Below are positions 37,860 through 46,776 of a stretch of 64,000 bases of DNA, piece by piece (within the stretch, counting starts at the first letter, position 1; the number at the start of each line of letters is the position of its first letter). A model generated the notes under the pieces. That model had not been told where the DNA came from. It made no database searches and worked only from the letters and a program-made list of their open reading frames with translations. Source of the DNA: a virus. The position numbers and the translations under genes were made by a program. The DNA lies in IMG/VR virus record IMGVR_UViG_3300032046_000016, positions 16,905 to 80,904 of that record; one strand, written 5' to 3'.

Positions 37860-38882
37860 TCAGCGTCTTCTCGCGTAGAGTATGCCCGTGCCCATGACGA
37901 ACAGCGCCCCGGCAGCCAGCGCGCCGGCCAGCGCCACGTATCGGATAGCCGGCCCACTCTCCTCGGTCAGGGCGGCGCTCTCAAGGACCGGAAGCTCGGC
38001 GATTCCTCCGACGGAGCCACCGGGACTGAGGCTCCGCCAGTAGTTGAAGTTGCCGATAACGCTGCTCTCCACCCTCACTCCGCAGTTGTCGTTCGGGTAA
38101 CACGCGGCATCACCGACGCCGCGCGTGTGGACAGCAACAACGTCGGGGCTGGTGCTGGCAGCCGGGTACCAGACAGGAGAACCGCTCTGGCCGCCGGCCG
38201 TGTCGATCTCATAACTGACGATGTGGGGGCTTACATCGGTCACGAGGTCGTCGTCCCACCATTGCTGCTGCGGATGGTCCCCTGGGTATCCGCTGATCCG
38301 CGACGCTTGACCCACCGCTGCAAGATCGTCAAACCCCAGGAAACCCGAAAGCCCCGCGAAGCCACTGCCTAGGATAACGGCCCCATAGTCGTATTGGGCA
38401 TCGCCGCCCAAGACCCAGCCGGCGACGCTCCACAGCGAGTCGGTTGGCTGCACCTGCGCGCCGAAGGGTTCGGCTACACCATCCTTGCCGGGGGCCACTC
38501 GAACAGTCGCAGCCCACCCACCGAGGTCGCTGTCATACACGCAGTGACCAGCCGTCGCAACGGTCGCGGGGTAAATGAGGAACCCCGTACACTGGCATCC
38601 GCTCGCGCAAACGCTGCCGGGCTGACCCGTGATCGTCAGGTAGGCGACCCACCGCCAGGGAGCGGCTACGTTGTTACCAGCACCAATGTACGCGCGGCCG
38701 TCCGGCGGAATAACCGACTCCGGGACCGCCACCGGCTGGAGCGCAACGCGCGCGAGACTCGTACCAGGGGTTCCACCCCGAACGGGCGCAGCAGCGTCGA
38801 ACGGCTGAGCGTCGAGAGCCCCGCCGCCAGCGCCTACCAGCATGGCCACGCCAAAGGCGAGACCCACTAGGATTCTCTTCAT
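37860..38882 (-). CDS. Secreted V8/glutamyl-endopeptidase-like serine protease with C-terminal membrane sorting signal
   Basis: Signal peptide; TAGHC, DYG, GQSGSPV triad; VGGIAELP-linker-TM-YARRR tail. Confidence 0.88.
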   Translation of the reverse strand: MKRILVGLAFGVAMLVGAGGGALDAQPFDAAAPVRGGTPGTSLARVALQPVAVPESVIPPDGRAYIGAGNNVAAPWRWVAYLTITGQPGSVCASGCQCTGFLIYPATVATAGHCVYDSDLGGWAATVRVAPGKDGVAEPFGAQVQPTDSLWSVAGWVLGGDAQYDYGAVILGSGFAGLSGFLGFDDLAAVGQASRISGYPGDHPQQQWWDDDLVTDVSPHIVSYEIDTAGGQSGSPVWYPAASTSPDVVAVHTRGVGDAACYPNDNCGVRVESSVIGNFNYWRSLSPGGSVGGIAELPVLESAALTEESGPAIRYVALAGALAAGALFVMGTGILYARRR

Positions 38883-38893
38883 AGACCAGCTCC

Positions 38894-39148
38894 TTAGGGG
38901 CCCTGCTGTGTTTCCGGTTCGGCGATGAATCCGTCAGATCGGTCAGTCGCCATGAACATCGCAAGAGCAGCAACCATCAGGATCGCGAAGACCATGATTG
39001 CGGATGCTGCCCCAGCAGTGACACCTCTACGCTTGTAGACATAGAGACCTACCAGCAGCGGTGGCACCGCCAGCAAAGCGAGGGGACCAAGGCCGATCAG
39101 ATACATTACCGCCGCCGCTGCCAGCAGACCCAGGATCAAGCCTCTCAT
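38894..39148 (-). CDS. Small membrane protein
   Basis: 2-3 hydrophobic segments. Confidence 0.6.
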   Translation of the reverse strand: MRGLILGLLAAAAVMYLIGLGPLALLAVPPLLVGLYVYKRRGVTAGAASAIMVFAILMVAALAMFMATDRSDGFIAEPETQQGP

Positions 39149-39166
39149 CTCGGGATTGCCCCCTTC

Positions 39167-39868
39167 CTAGCCCCCTGTGTACCCGGTGTCACTACCGTAC
39201 TGGTTGACGGTGTGCGACACCCAGGGATGCACCTCCTGGAAGCACCAGGAGAAGCAGAGCTTGAACTTGCCCTGCTTCCACACGTAGTACTTGTACGGGT
39301 AAGACTGCCAGTACTGGACGGCGCCGATCTGCCCGGCGTACTGCCAGCCCAAGGCAACGTTAGAGGGCCACACCCACGACACTGGCGTTCCCGTGATTCT
39401 GGAGGAATTGTAGCACCAGTAGACCGAGTGATTGAACCTCCAGAGCCGTATGCCCAGCACGTTTCGCGCTTCCCGGTACCGGGTATATGTCCTGCAGTAG
39501 GTGATAGCCGACTCCTTGACCTGACTGGGGGTCGGGGTAGCTTTGACGGCGGGAGCTCTACGCCCCCAGATTGTCGGGCGCGCTAGCTCCTGGCTACTAG
39601 AACCCGACGCCTGTGCCACAGCCCTCGCTACGTCGCCCGTGAACCCCGCAGGGTTGAACCCCTCGGTCACTATCGACCCTTCGTCGTAGTAGCTGATGTT
39701 AGGATCGTCGCCACCAGGATCGACGGCCGTGGGGGTAGGCATCGGCGTCGGCGTCGTTCCGCCCCGTATGGGGTCAGTAGGGTCATAAGCCACAACCGTT
39801 CGGCCGAGCAGAACAACCCCGAGCAGAACGGCGGCGACCAAGACCACGAGCCTGGACTTCATATCCAT
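39167..39868 (-). CDS. Secreted protein, aromatic beta-rich C-terminal domain
   Basis: Signal peptide, PT linker, AAGGGAG RBS. Confidence 0.65.
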   Translation of the reverse strand: MDMKSRLVVLVAAVLLGVVLLGRTVVAYDPTDPIRGGTTPTPMPTPTAVDPGGDDPNISYYDEGSIVTEGFNPAGFTGDVARAVAQASGSSSQELARPTIWGRRAPAVKATPTPSQVKESAITYCRTYTRYREARNVLGIRLWRFNHSVYWCYNSSRITGTPVSWVWPSNVALGWQYAGQIGAVQYWQSYPYKYYVWKQGKFKLCFSWCFQEVHPWVSHTVNQYGSDTGYTGG

Positions 39869-39931
39869 ATCTCCCTTAGGAAAGGCGGGGCTACCCGGAC
39901 ATTATGCCATATACTTCGCCTCCTTTCTACG

Positions 39932-40531
39932 CTAGTGCGGTGGGAACGGGTTAGCGCACGTGCTGCCCATCCGTCCATACACGTACTGGAGATCGCAGAT
40001 GTCGATATCCTCGTCGCCTCCGGGCGGCTCCAGGTCATAGGCGGGGCTGTAGCACAGGAGCCCGAAGACGCACCCGAAGCGGGGCTCGATGATCTGCCAG
40101 TCCAGCACGTCGACCGAACAGTCGCCGTTCAGGTCGCCCTGCAGGTGCGTGGGCGTGGGTCTCGGCGTCGGGGAAGGCGGGGCAATCGTGGGCGTGGCGG
40201 TGGGAGTAGCGATCGCCGTGGGAGTCGCGGTAGGCGACGACGTCCACGTTGGTGAGCTAGTTGCGGTAGGTGATTTCGTCGAGGTAGGGAAGCTCGTTGC
40301 GGTGGCTGAGCTCGTGGCGGTAGGTGTCTTCGTTACCCTCGGCGTCCTCGTGGCGGTAGGCGTCCTAGTCGGTCTAGGTGTGCGCGTGGGAGTCGGGGAG
40401 CGACAGAAGCGCGGGAAGCGCTGGCAGAAGGTCGGACGCGGTGTAGGTGTCGCCCGCGGTGTAGATGCCGCCAGGACCGGCACCGCCATTGGCATGAGCG
40501 CCAGCAGCAGGATCAATACGATACGAGTCAT
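39932..40531 (-). CDS. Secreted Pro/Thr-rich protein with dockerin-like domain
   Basis: Signal peptide, (TP)n, GDLNGDCSVDVLD..DIDICDLQ. Confidence 0.72.
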   Translation of the reverse strand: MTRIVLILLLALMPMAVPVLAASTPRATPTPRPTFCQRFPRFCRSPTPTRTPRPTRTPTATRTPRVTKTPTATSSATATSFPTSTKSPTATSSPTWTSSPTATPTAIATPTATPTIAPPSPTPRPTPTHLQGDLNGDCSVDVLDWQIIEPRFGCVFGLLCYSPAYDLEPPGGDEDIDICDLQYVYGRMGSTCANPFPPH

Positions 40532-40544
40532 TCCCCCGCCCCGA

Positions 40545-40686
40545 TGCCAAGAAGAAGGCCCCGGCAGCCTGACGCTACCGAGGCCATGCTGTAAACTCTG
40601 TGCAGCCGTTGGCCTGGTCACGCAGGCTGACGGTTAGGGCGCTCGTCGTGGTCACTTCACGGCGGGCGTCCGCCTTCTCCTTGGCA
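40545..40686. ncRNA. Candidate structured RNA (three-way junction)
   Basis: 15-bp closing stem enclosing two long hairpins. Confidence 0.4.
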
Positions 40687-40738
40687 GTATCTTTGTACTC
40701 GCCCCTTCACACTATGTCAAGGCCTTAGGCCAACGTCA

Positions 40739-42829
40739 TTATCTTCGCGTCACCGATGGTCCATCGGGCCCGGCAGCCACGGTCAAGACGCGCTGGAAGC
40801 TGTCGGCCATCTCCTCGATATGCGTCACGACCAGTACCAGGTCGAAGTCGTCCTGCACCCCGCGGATAGCCTCCAGGAGGCGCTTACGGCCTTCCGTGTC
40901 CTGCGTACCGAACCCCTCGTCGATGGCGAGCAGCGGCATGGCGGCGTCGGCCCGGCGCGCCAGCAGGCGCGCCAGCGCCAGCCGGACGGCGAAGTCGACG
41001 CGGAACTTCTGCCCGCCGCTGCAATTCTCGTACGGTAGCTCGCCGGCCTCGTTCGTCGTCAGGACGTCCAGCGTCTCTATCGGCTGAGCGCCATCCTTCT
41101 TCGAGGCGCGTTGCGTCCTCAGCTCGACCCGGGCTCCCGACCACAGCCGATCCAGCAGCTCGTTCGCCATGCTCTCCAGCTCGGGCAGCGCTCGATCCAC
41201 GAGTAGCGCCTGTACCCCTCGTTTCCCGAACGCGTCGCCGAGCTCCTGATAGTCGGCCTGTTCCTCGGTCTGTGCCGCGACGCGCAGCCTCAATTGCCGG
41301 AGTTGCTCCTCCGCCTCCTGCGCCAGCCTTACCTCTGTCTCCAGCGCAGCAGCCTGGTCGCGGGCAGCCGTGTGCGCTTCCTCGCACTCCCTCTTCTTGG
41401 CATCGGCAGCGGTCAGCCGGTCCTGGAGGCTGCGCCGCGCCCCTTCCAGGTCGCCTATCGCGTCCAGTTGCTCGCGCGCGACACCCAAGATGTTGCTCGC
41501 CGCCAACAGGCCCTTGCGCAGGTCTTCGAGCAACCTCTCCAGGTCGGGAACCTTCGCCGCCGCCTCCCGGGCCGCCTTGACCTGCGCGCGCAGCTCGGGC
41601 ACCCCGGACGCCCTTCGCCGCAGGTCCTGCAGAGTGGTGACGAGCCCCTCTTTGGCGGCTATCTGCTGCTCAAGCTCAGAGACGAACTCGGCAGCCTCGA
41701 CTTCCCTATCCAGTTGCGAGCCCTGCTCAAACAGCGCCTTCGCTGCCGCCGGCGTCAGGGGCTGCAGGCAGGTCGGGCAAGGCATGTTCTCCTCGCCCTC
41801 GGCGAGCGTCGCCAGGCCCAGGTATCGCTTGGCCTGTTGCTGTTTGGCGTCAACCTCCGCCTGCCAGCGCCCGCGGGCTTCACCGTATCGTTGCCTGAGC
41901 TCAGGGAGATCACGGATCTCCTCCTCCAGAGCGGCGACCTCTTCCTCCACGTTCTCGTTCGGCTCCAGCCTGGCTTCCAGGCCGGGCAGCGCCGCCGCCT
42001 TCTCCTGGAGGTCCGCCAGCTCCTTCTTCTTCTCCTCGCGGTCTGTCTCAAACCTGTCGTACTCGTGCTGATAGACGTCCACCTGGCTGCGCAGCGCAGA
42101 CTGCTCGGCGGCCTTCGCCACCGCGTCGGCCAACTGCTGAGCGAGAGCGGACTGAGCCTCGCTCGCGGCGAGCAGCTCGTCGGCGGCCCGGGCAACCTCT
42201 TCCCTGGCGGTGAGAAGCCGGGCTCGGCAATGGCCCAGCTTGGACGCCTGCGCCTCAAGCGTCTCCTCGGCCCCCCTGGCAGCGGCCAGCTCGGTCGTCA
42301 GGTCGAGGGCGCGCCGGCGGCAGACGTCAGACAGCTCCTGGTAGCGCTCCAATCCCAGGATGGCGGCCAGGACCTCCTGCCGGTGGGCCGGCTGAGCCTG
42401 GGTGAAGACGTCGGCCTTGCCTTGGGCGAAGAACGCCGTGTTCACGAACGTGTCGTAGTCCATCCGGAGCAGGGCGCAGATGAACGCTTCCGTGCTGGCG
42501 ATGGACGCGCCGGTGAGGATCTCGCCGCCCGGTCCGAACAGGAGCAGGTAGGACCTCTTCCCGCGAACGCGGCGGCGCTCGACGCGATACTCCTTCTCCT
42601 GCGCCTTGAACGTCACCTCCACGATCATGTCCTCGGCGCCTTGCCGGATCAGCTCGTCGTCGGACCTAGAGCGCGCCTGGCCCCACAGCGCCCACGTCAG
42701 CGCCTCCAGGATGCTAGACTTCCCCGCTCCGTTCGGGCCCACCAGCGCGGCGACGTGCAGATCTCGCAGATCTACCTCGGTGTCCTGGTAAGGCAGGAAG
42801 TTACGCAGTCTCAGTGTCAGCGGTATCAT
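40739..42829 (-). CDS. sbcC: SbcC/Rad50 SMC-family ATPase
   Basis: GPNGAGKS, coiled coil with CPTC hook, SGGQ, LAIDEGFGTQD, VTH. Confidence 0.93.
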   Translation of the reverse strand: MIPLTLRLRNFLPYQDTEVDLRDLHVAALVGPNGAGKSSILEALTWALWGQARSRSDDELIRQGAEDMIVEVTFKAQEKEYRVERRRVRGKRSYLLLFGPGGEILTGASIASTEAFICALLRMDYDTFVNTAFFAQGKADVFTQAQPAHRQEVLAAILGLERYQELSDVCRRRALDLTTELAAARGAEETLEAQASKLGHCRARLLTAREEVARAADELLAASEAQSALAQQLADAVAKAAEQSALRSQVDVYQHEYDRFETDREEKKKELADLQEKAAALPGLEARLEPNENVEEEVAALEEEIRDLPELRQRYGEARGRWQAEVDAKQQQAKRYLGLATLAEGEENMPCPTCLQPLTPAAAKALFEQGSQLDREVEAAEFVSELEQQIAAKEGLVTTLQDLRRRASGVPELRAQVKAAREAAAKVPDLERLLEDLRKGLLAASNILGVAREQLDAIGDLEGARRSLQDRLTAADAKKRECEEAHTAARDQAAALETEVRLAQEAEEQLRQLRLRVAAQTEEQADYQELGDAFGKRGVQALLVDRALPELESMANELLDRLWSGARVELRTQRASKKDGAQPIETLDVLTTNEAGELPYENCSGGQKFRVDFAVRLALARLLARRADAAMPLLAIDEGFGTQDTEGRKRLLEAIRGVQDDFDLVLVVTHIEEMADSFQRVLTVAAGPDGPSVTRR

Positions 42830-44016
42830 GGCTCTGCCATCACCGTCTCGGCCCGCCGCAGCAGGCGTTCCCGTCGTTTCGGCTCCTCGACCTTGTCAGC
42901 CAGGTATACCCGCAGGGCGTCCAGCGGCGTCATGCTTTCCACGGCCTCCTCAGTCCGACGTCGGACCTCGCCCTCGAGATCGAGCTTGATGCCCTGCACC
43001 GAGAACGCGGGCGCCAGGGCGCGCTGCAGGGCCGGCATGTCCAACTGACTGGCCACCGAGCGAGGCCCGGACACGATCACCCTCACGATGGCGTCCTCGA
43101 TGCCGGCCGTTTCGATGGCGCCCACGACGAAGACGGTAGGCATGTCGCACTCGGCCGGCACCTCAACCTTGACGGTGACGAGCCGCCGGTTCCACACCGG
43201 AAGCGGCTTCACCTGCACTTTCTGGCTGATAATATCAACCAAAAGCGCCACCTTCTCCTGGCCCTCCTCGCTGAAGTCGACGGACTGCAGGCTGCCGCTG
43301 TACCAGGCGGGCAGTGGGGCGCTCACCTGCTGGCACTCGTGTATGTGGCCTAGGGCGGCGTAGGTGACCCCGGAGAGCGCCAGGTGCAGGGCGCTGATGG
43401 CAATCTCGTCGCCGACCGACAGGAGCCTCTCGCTGCCGTAGCGGGCCCCGACGATCGGCAGGTGGCCGGCGATGATGCGGACGCCCTCACACTTCTCGGC
43501 CGCCGCCGCCATCATCGCCTTGACGATGCGCTCGGCGACGATCAGCATCGGGTCGCCACGGCCCAGGTCGCCCTCTTCCAGCCATTGGCGCGCGCTCGGC
43601 GCCGGCACACCCAGGATCTCCAACGGGCCGCTATTCGTCTCTACCCGGTACAGGCCCACTCGGTCGATGATCACAAGCGGAAGGCCGGCCGCCTTCAGCG
43701 CGTCGTAGGCGGTGTCCCTGGAGGTCAACCTCAGGGCATCGTGGTTGCCTAAGACCACGACGATCGGGATCGCTTTCTTGTCAGCCAGTCGGCGCAGCGG
43801 CTCCGCGAAGGCTCGCAGCACGATCGGGCTCGGCCGGCGCACCGCGAAGGCGTCGCCGCAGAACACGAACGCGTCAACGCCGTGCAGAACGGCGAGGTCA
43901 GTCGTCTCCTCCCAGGCGCGCACGTAGTCAGCCATGCGCAGGGAGCTGCCATCGGGGGCAAGAGGCGCGTCTGGCGCCAGGTCGAGGTGAAGGTCCGCAC
44001 AGTGCAACAGGCGCAT
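42826..44016 (-). CDS. sbcD: SbcD/Mre11 nuclease
   Basis: ADLHL, CGD, GNHD, GH, ALGHIH, YSGS..DFSE. Confidence 0.93.
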   Translation of the reverse strand: MRLLHCADLHLDLAPDAPLAPDGSSLRMADYVRAWEETTDLAVLHGVDAFVFCGDAFAVRRPSPIVLRAFAEPLRRLADKKAIPIVVVLGNHDALRLTSRDTAYDALKAAGLPLVIIDRVGLYRVETNSGPLEILGVPAPSARQWLEEGDLGRGDPMLIVAERIVKAMMAAAAEKCEGVRIIAGHLPIVGARYGSERLLSVGDEIAISALHLALSGVTYAALGHIHECQQVSAPLPAWYSGSLQSVDFSEEGQEKVALLVDIISQKVQVKPLPVWNRRLVTVKVEVPAECDMPTVFVVGAIETAGIEDAIVRVIVSGPRSVASQLDMPALQRALAPAFSVQGIKLDLEGEVRRRTEEAVESMTPLDALRVYLADKVEEPKRRERLLRRAETVMAEP

Positions 44017-44041
44017 TCAGATGCCCTCCTATGCTGTGTAC

Positions 44042-44070
44042 AGAGTAGCAGACGGGAACGCAAGTGTCAA
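44042..44070 (-). promoter_or_regulatory. Promoter of sbcDC
   Basis: TTGACA-17-TACTCT, extended TG. Confidence 0.7.
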
Positions 44071-44356
44071 TTGGTACGCCGTGGCGCGAGGCATCCCTCG
44101 GCCTCGGCTGTGGCGGCAAGCCGAACGAACGCAGCCTGCCGAGCGCTGCGCCGCCGTTCTAGCTCGGCCAGGTGAGCCCGCCGGAGCTGGGCACCCCGTC
44201 GCTGAAGATACCGCCGGCCAGTCGGAGAAACGACGTCGGTCGACCAATGATGGCGGCGGGCCCAAGCAACCGCTGGCGGATAGCCTCCCGGCGCCTCAGT
44301 AAAGAGGTGCTGCGGCTTCCCGTAGGTCGGTCCCTCCCACGGCGTCCAATCGTTCA

Positions 44357-44776
44357 TCACACAGGCTGGACGACGTAGCCTAGCCTCCCCGTCCGCGTGT
44401 GAGCCCGGCCCCGCAGCTCATTCTCCACGTACGCGGCCTTGTCACCGTCCAGCTCACCGTCAGCGAAGATCATCCCCTCGGGATCATGGCGGTAGTCCCA
44501 TATCCCGCTCAGCGTCTCGAAGCCGTCGGGCGAGCGGGTTACCTCGAGGGCGAGGCCAAGCGGGTGCAGGAGCCGGCGGTTCACCTCCTGGAGATACCCC
44601 AGGCGCCTGAACTCCTCGACGGGCATCCGATGCCCGGTCCCACCGTCCGCCACATCGGTAGGTGGCTCAAGCCCGACGCAGCGAGAGCACAGGCCGGGCT
44701 TCACCCAGGTACAGCCTCCATCACAGGCGCGGCTGTCCGTACAGCCGCAGACGCGGCATCGCTGCTCGTCAGTCAT
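44357..44776 (-). CDS. Zn-finger phage protein
   Basis: CRVCGCT..AC.GGC.WV..LCSRC. Confidence 0.6.
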   Translation of the reverse strand: MTDEQRCRVCGCTDSRACDGGCTWVKPGLCSRCVGLEPPTDVADGGTGHRMPVEEFRRLGYLQEVNRRLLHPLGLALEVTRSPDGFETLSGIWDYRHDPEGMIFADGELDGDKAAYVENELRGRAHTRTGRLGYVVQPV

Positions 44777-44879
44777 GTGGTTCTCCTTCCATTTACGCTC
44801 GACGGGGTCTCGGAACTCCTCGTGGCCAACGGTTCTTACCCGCCACGATGCAACGCGCTATCTGAGCCGCGGAGGCTCT

Positions 44880-45803
44880 TCATCTGCCCTCCATCACCGG
44901 AAACTCTTCCCAGGCCCTCCCCTGCAGGACGTTGCCGCCCCAGGTCCCGCCCTTCTTGGCCGAACCGCCCCACTGCTTGAAATAGAAGGGCACGTTGGCG
45001 CCCACACACTGATCGCGCAGCGCCAGCACCAATCGCAGCCCTCTCAGGCTCGGCTTGTAGCCGGTGCCGTCGCAGGCCAGGCAGGTCGGCACCGCCCGCC
45101 CGCGTACCTGCATACAGCCACACGGTTGCACCAGGGCGCGATAGATCGGCCCCAGGCTCTCGCCGCCAACGACCACCCAGCCAAGCGTCGGCAGCCAGGC
45201 GCTCAGGTCCACAGCCTCAAGCAGCGGCTCCAGGCACACCCAATACAGCGCCGCCTCGACGCTCAGGAGCTTCGGGATGCGGATCTCCGCGAAGCGCTGG
45301 TTCTCGACCGACACGCCAAGCTGGACATTCGGCAGAGGCCACGTAGGACGGAAGGGGATCGGCGTCTCCAGTACAGGCTGAAGCGCTCGAGAGTTCAGAT
45401 ACCGGCCGCCGTAGGCGGTGGACTGGCGCCAGACATCGTCAGCGAAGCCTGGACGCGACAGCATCCTCACCATGATCTCCGGGCGCTTGGTCAGGAGCAG
45501 GTACGTGTGCTGAGGCGTCGCGGCCATGACCGCGAAGGTCTGCAGGACGAAGTCTTCCGGCATCTCCTCGTGGAAGAGGTCCGACATCGAGCAGACGAAC
45601 ACCCGACGCGGCCGGCGCCATTTGACCGGCTCCATCAGCCGCTCAGGGTGCAGGACCAGGCGCGCCTCGCCACGGACGAAGCGAGGACCGCCCCGGCGCA
45701 GGACGATCCGCTCAGCCCAACAGAAGGCGCAGCCCGGCGACGTCTTCCAACAGTTGTCCGCCAGGTTCAGGGTCTCGTCGGCCCACTCAATACCAGTCGG
45801 CAT
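44880..45803 (-). CDS. DUF5131 (phage Gp37/Gp68) protein
   Basis: TGIEW, C..SPGC..C, FVCSMSDLFH, LLTKRP, GVSVENQ, WVVVGGES, FYFKQWG. Confidence 0.9.
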   Translation of the reverse strand: MPTGIEWADETLNLADNCWKTSPGCAFCWAERIVLRRGGPRFVRGEARLVLHPERLMEPVKWRRPRRVFVCSMSDLFHEEMPEDFVLQTFAVMAATPQHTYLLLTKRPEIMVRMLSRPGFADDVWRQSTAYGGRYLNSRALQPVLETPIPFRPTWPLPNVQLGVSVENQRFAEIRIPKLLSVEAALYWVCLEPLLEAVDLSAWLPTLGWVVVGGESLGPIYRALVQPCGCMQVRGRAVPTCLACDGTGYKPSLRGLRLVLALRDQCVGANVPFYFKQWGGSAKKGGTWGGNVLQGRAWEEFPVMEGR

Positions 45804-46763
45804 CACAGGTCTCGCGGGGCCGGATCGCCCATCTTCAGCTCGTGGCCCATTACCGCGTGACCATCGTCGGCGAAGACGAAGCGGACGGCGGCACCATCCT
45901 TCAGGATCTCTCTGCCGGCGTCGCCTTCCTTGCTCCTCCACGTGAGCTCGATCGCGCCGTGCGACCAGGACAGGGAGAGCTGCAAGGACGGCGTGCTGGT
46001 GATAGGCACCTCAGTCCCGAAGATGTCGATGCGCGCCAGGCGCAGCGGCCTCAGGCACGGCAACAAGCGCCGCATCCACGCCGGCCATTCCCAGCGCGCG
46101 CCGGGGATGCCAAGGCCCTTGTGCACGACCTGTGGCGGATTGTCGGGCGGTCCTTCCATCGCTCACGCTCCCTCGCTCGTGAAGAGTGGCTCCCGCGGAT
46201 TGTCAGCTCGGGCCTCCCACTCGACCTTCAGCGGGCGTGGATCAAGACGATCACCGTCGCTGTTGAACACGCCTACCGCGGCGAAGATGGCGTGCAGGGA
46301 TTCCAGGTACGCCTTCGCCGCTTCCTGGAGCTTTCTCCGCAGGTCGCCCTCAGGAGCGAGCATGGAGTAGAAAGGCAGCGCGTCGCCACCGACCGCGCGG
46401 TACACCTCCTCCACCAGGTTCGCACCTTCGTACAGTTGCTGCGCGACCCGGTCCGGACTGAAGTTTCGAGGCGGATAAGCGTAGGCCATGTCACGTCTCC
46501 TCTCTCGGGGCTGCGGGAGCGGCGGGTTCGGGGCGGACCTCCCTGGGCTCGAACTCAGGCGGAGGCGGCTCGACGTGTTCAACGTCCTTCGTCCGACCCA
46601 TCGAGTAGGTGATACCCCGCCGCATCACCCACTGTTCATTGCCGGCCCTGCTCCGCTCCTGCCAGGTGGTGCCGGTCACAGCCAACAGGCGGTAACCATG
46701 CTCCAGATACCAGTTGGCGTAGCGCAAGCGACCCTGCACCACCTCCACTATGTCATCGAACAT
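45803..46763 (-). other. Three hypothetical ORFs (45803-46159, 46163-46489, 46491-46763)
   Basis: Packed ORFs with RBSs. Confidence 0.5.
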
Positions 46764-46776
46764 GGACGCGCTCCTT

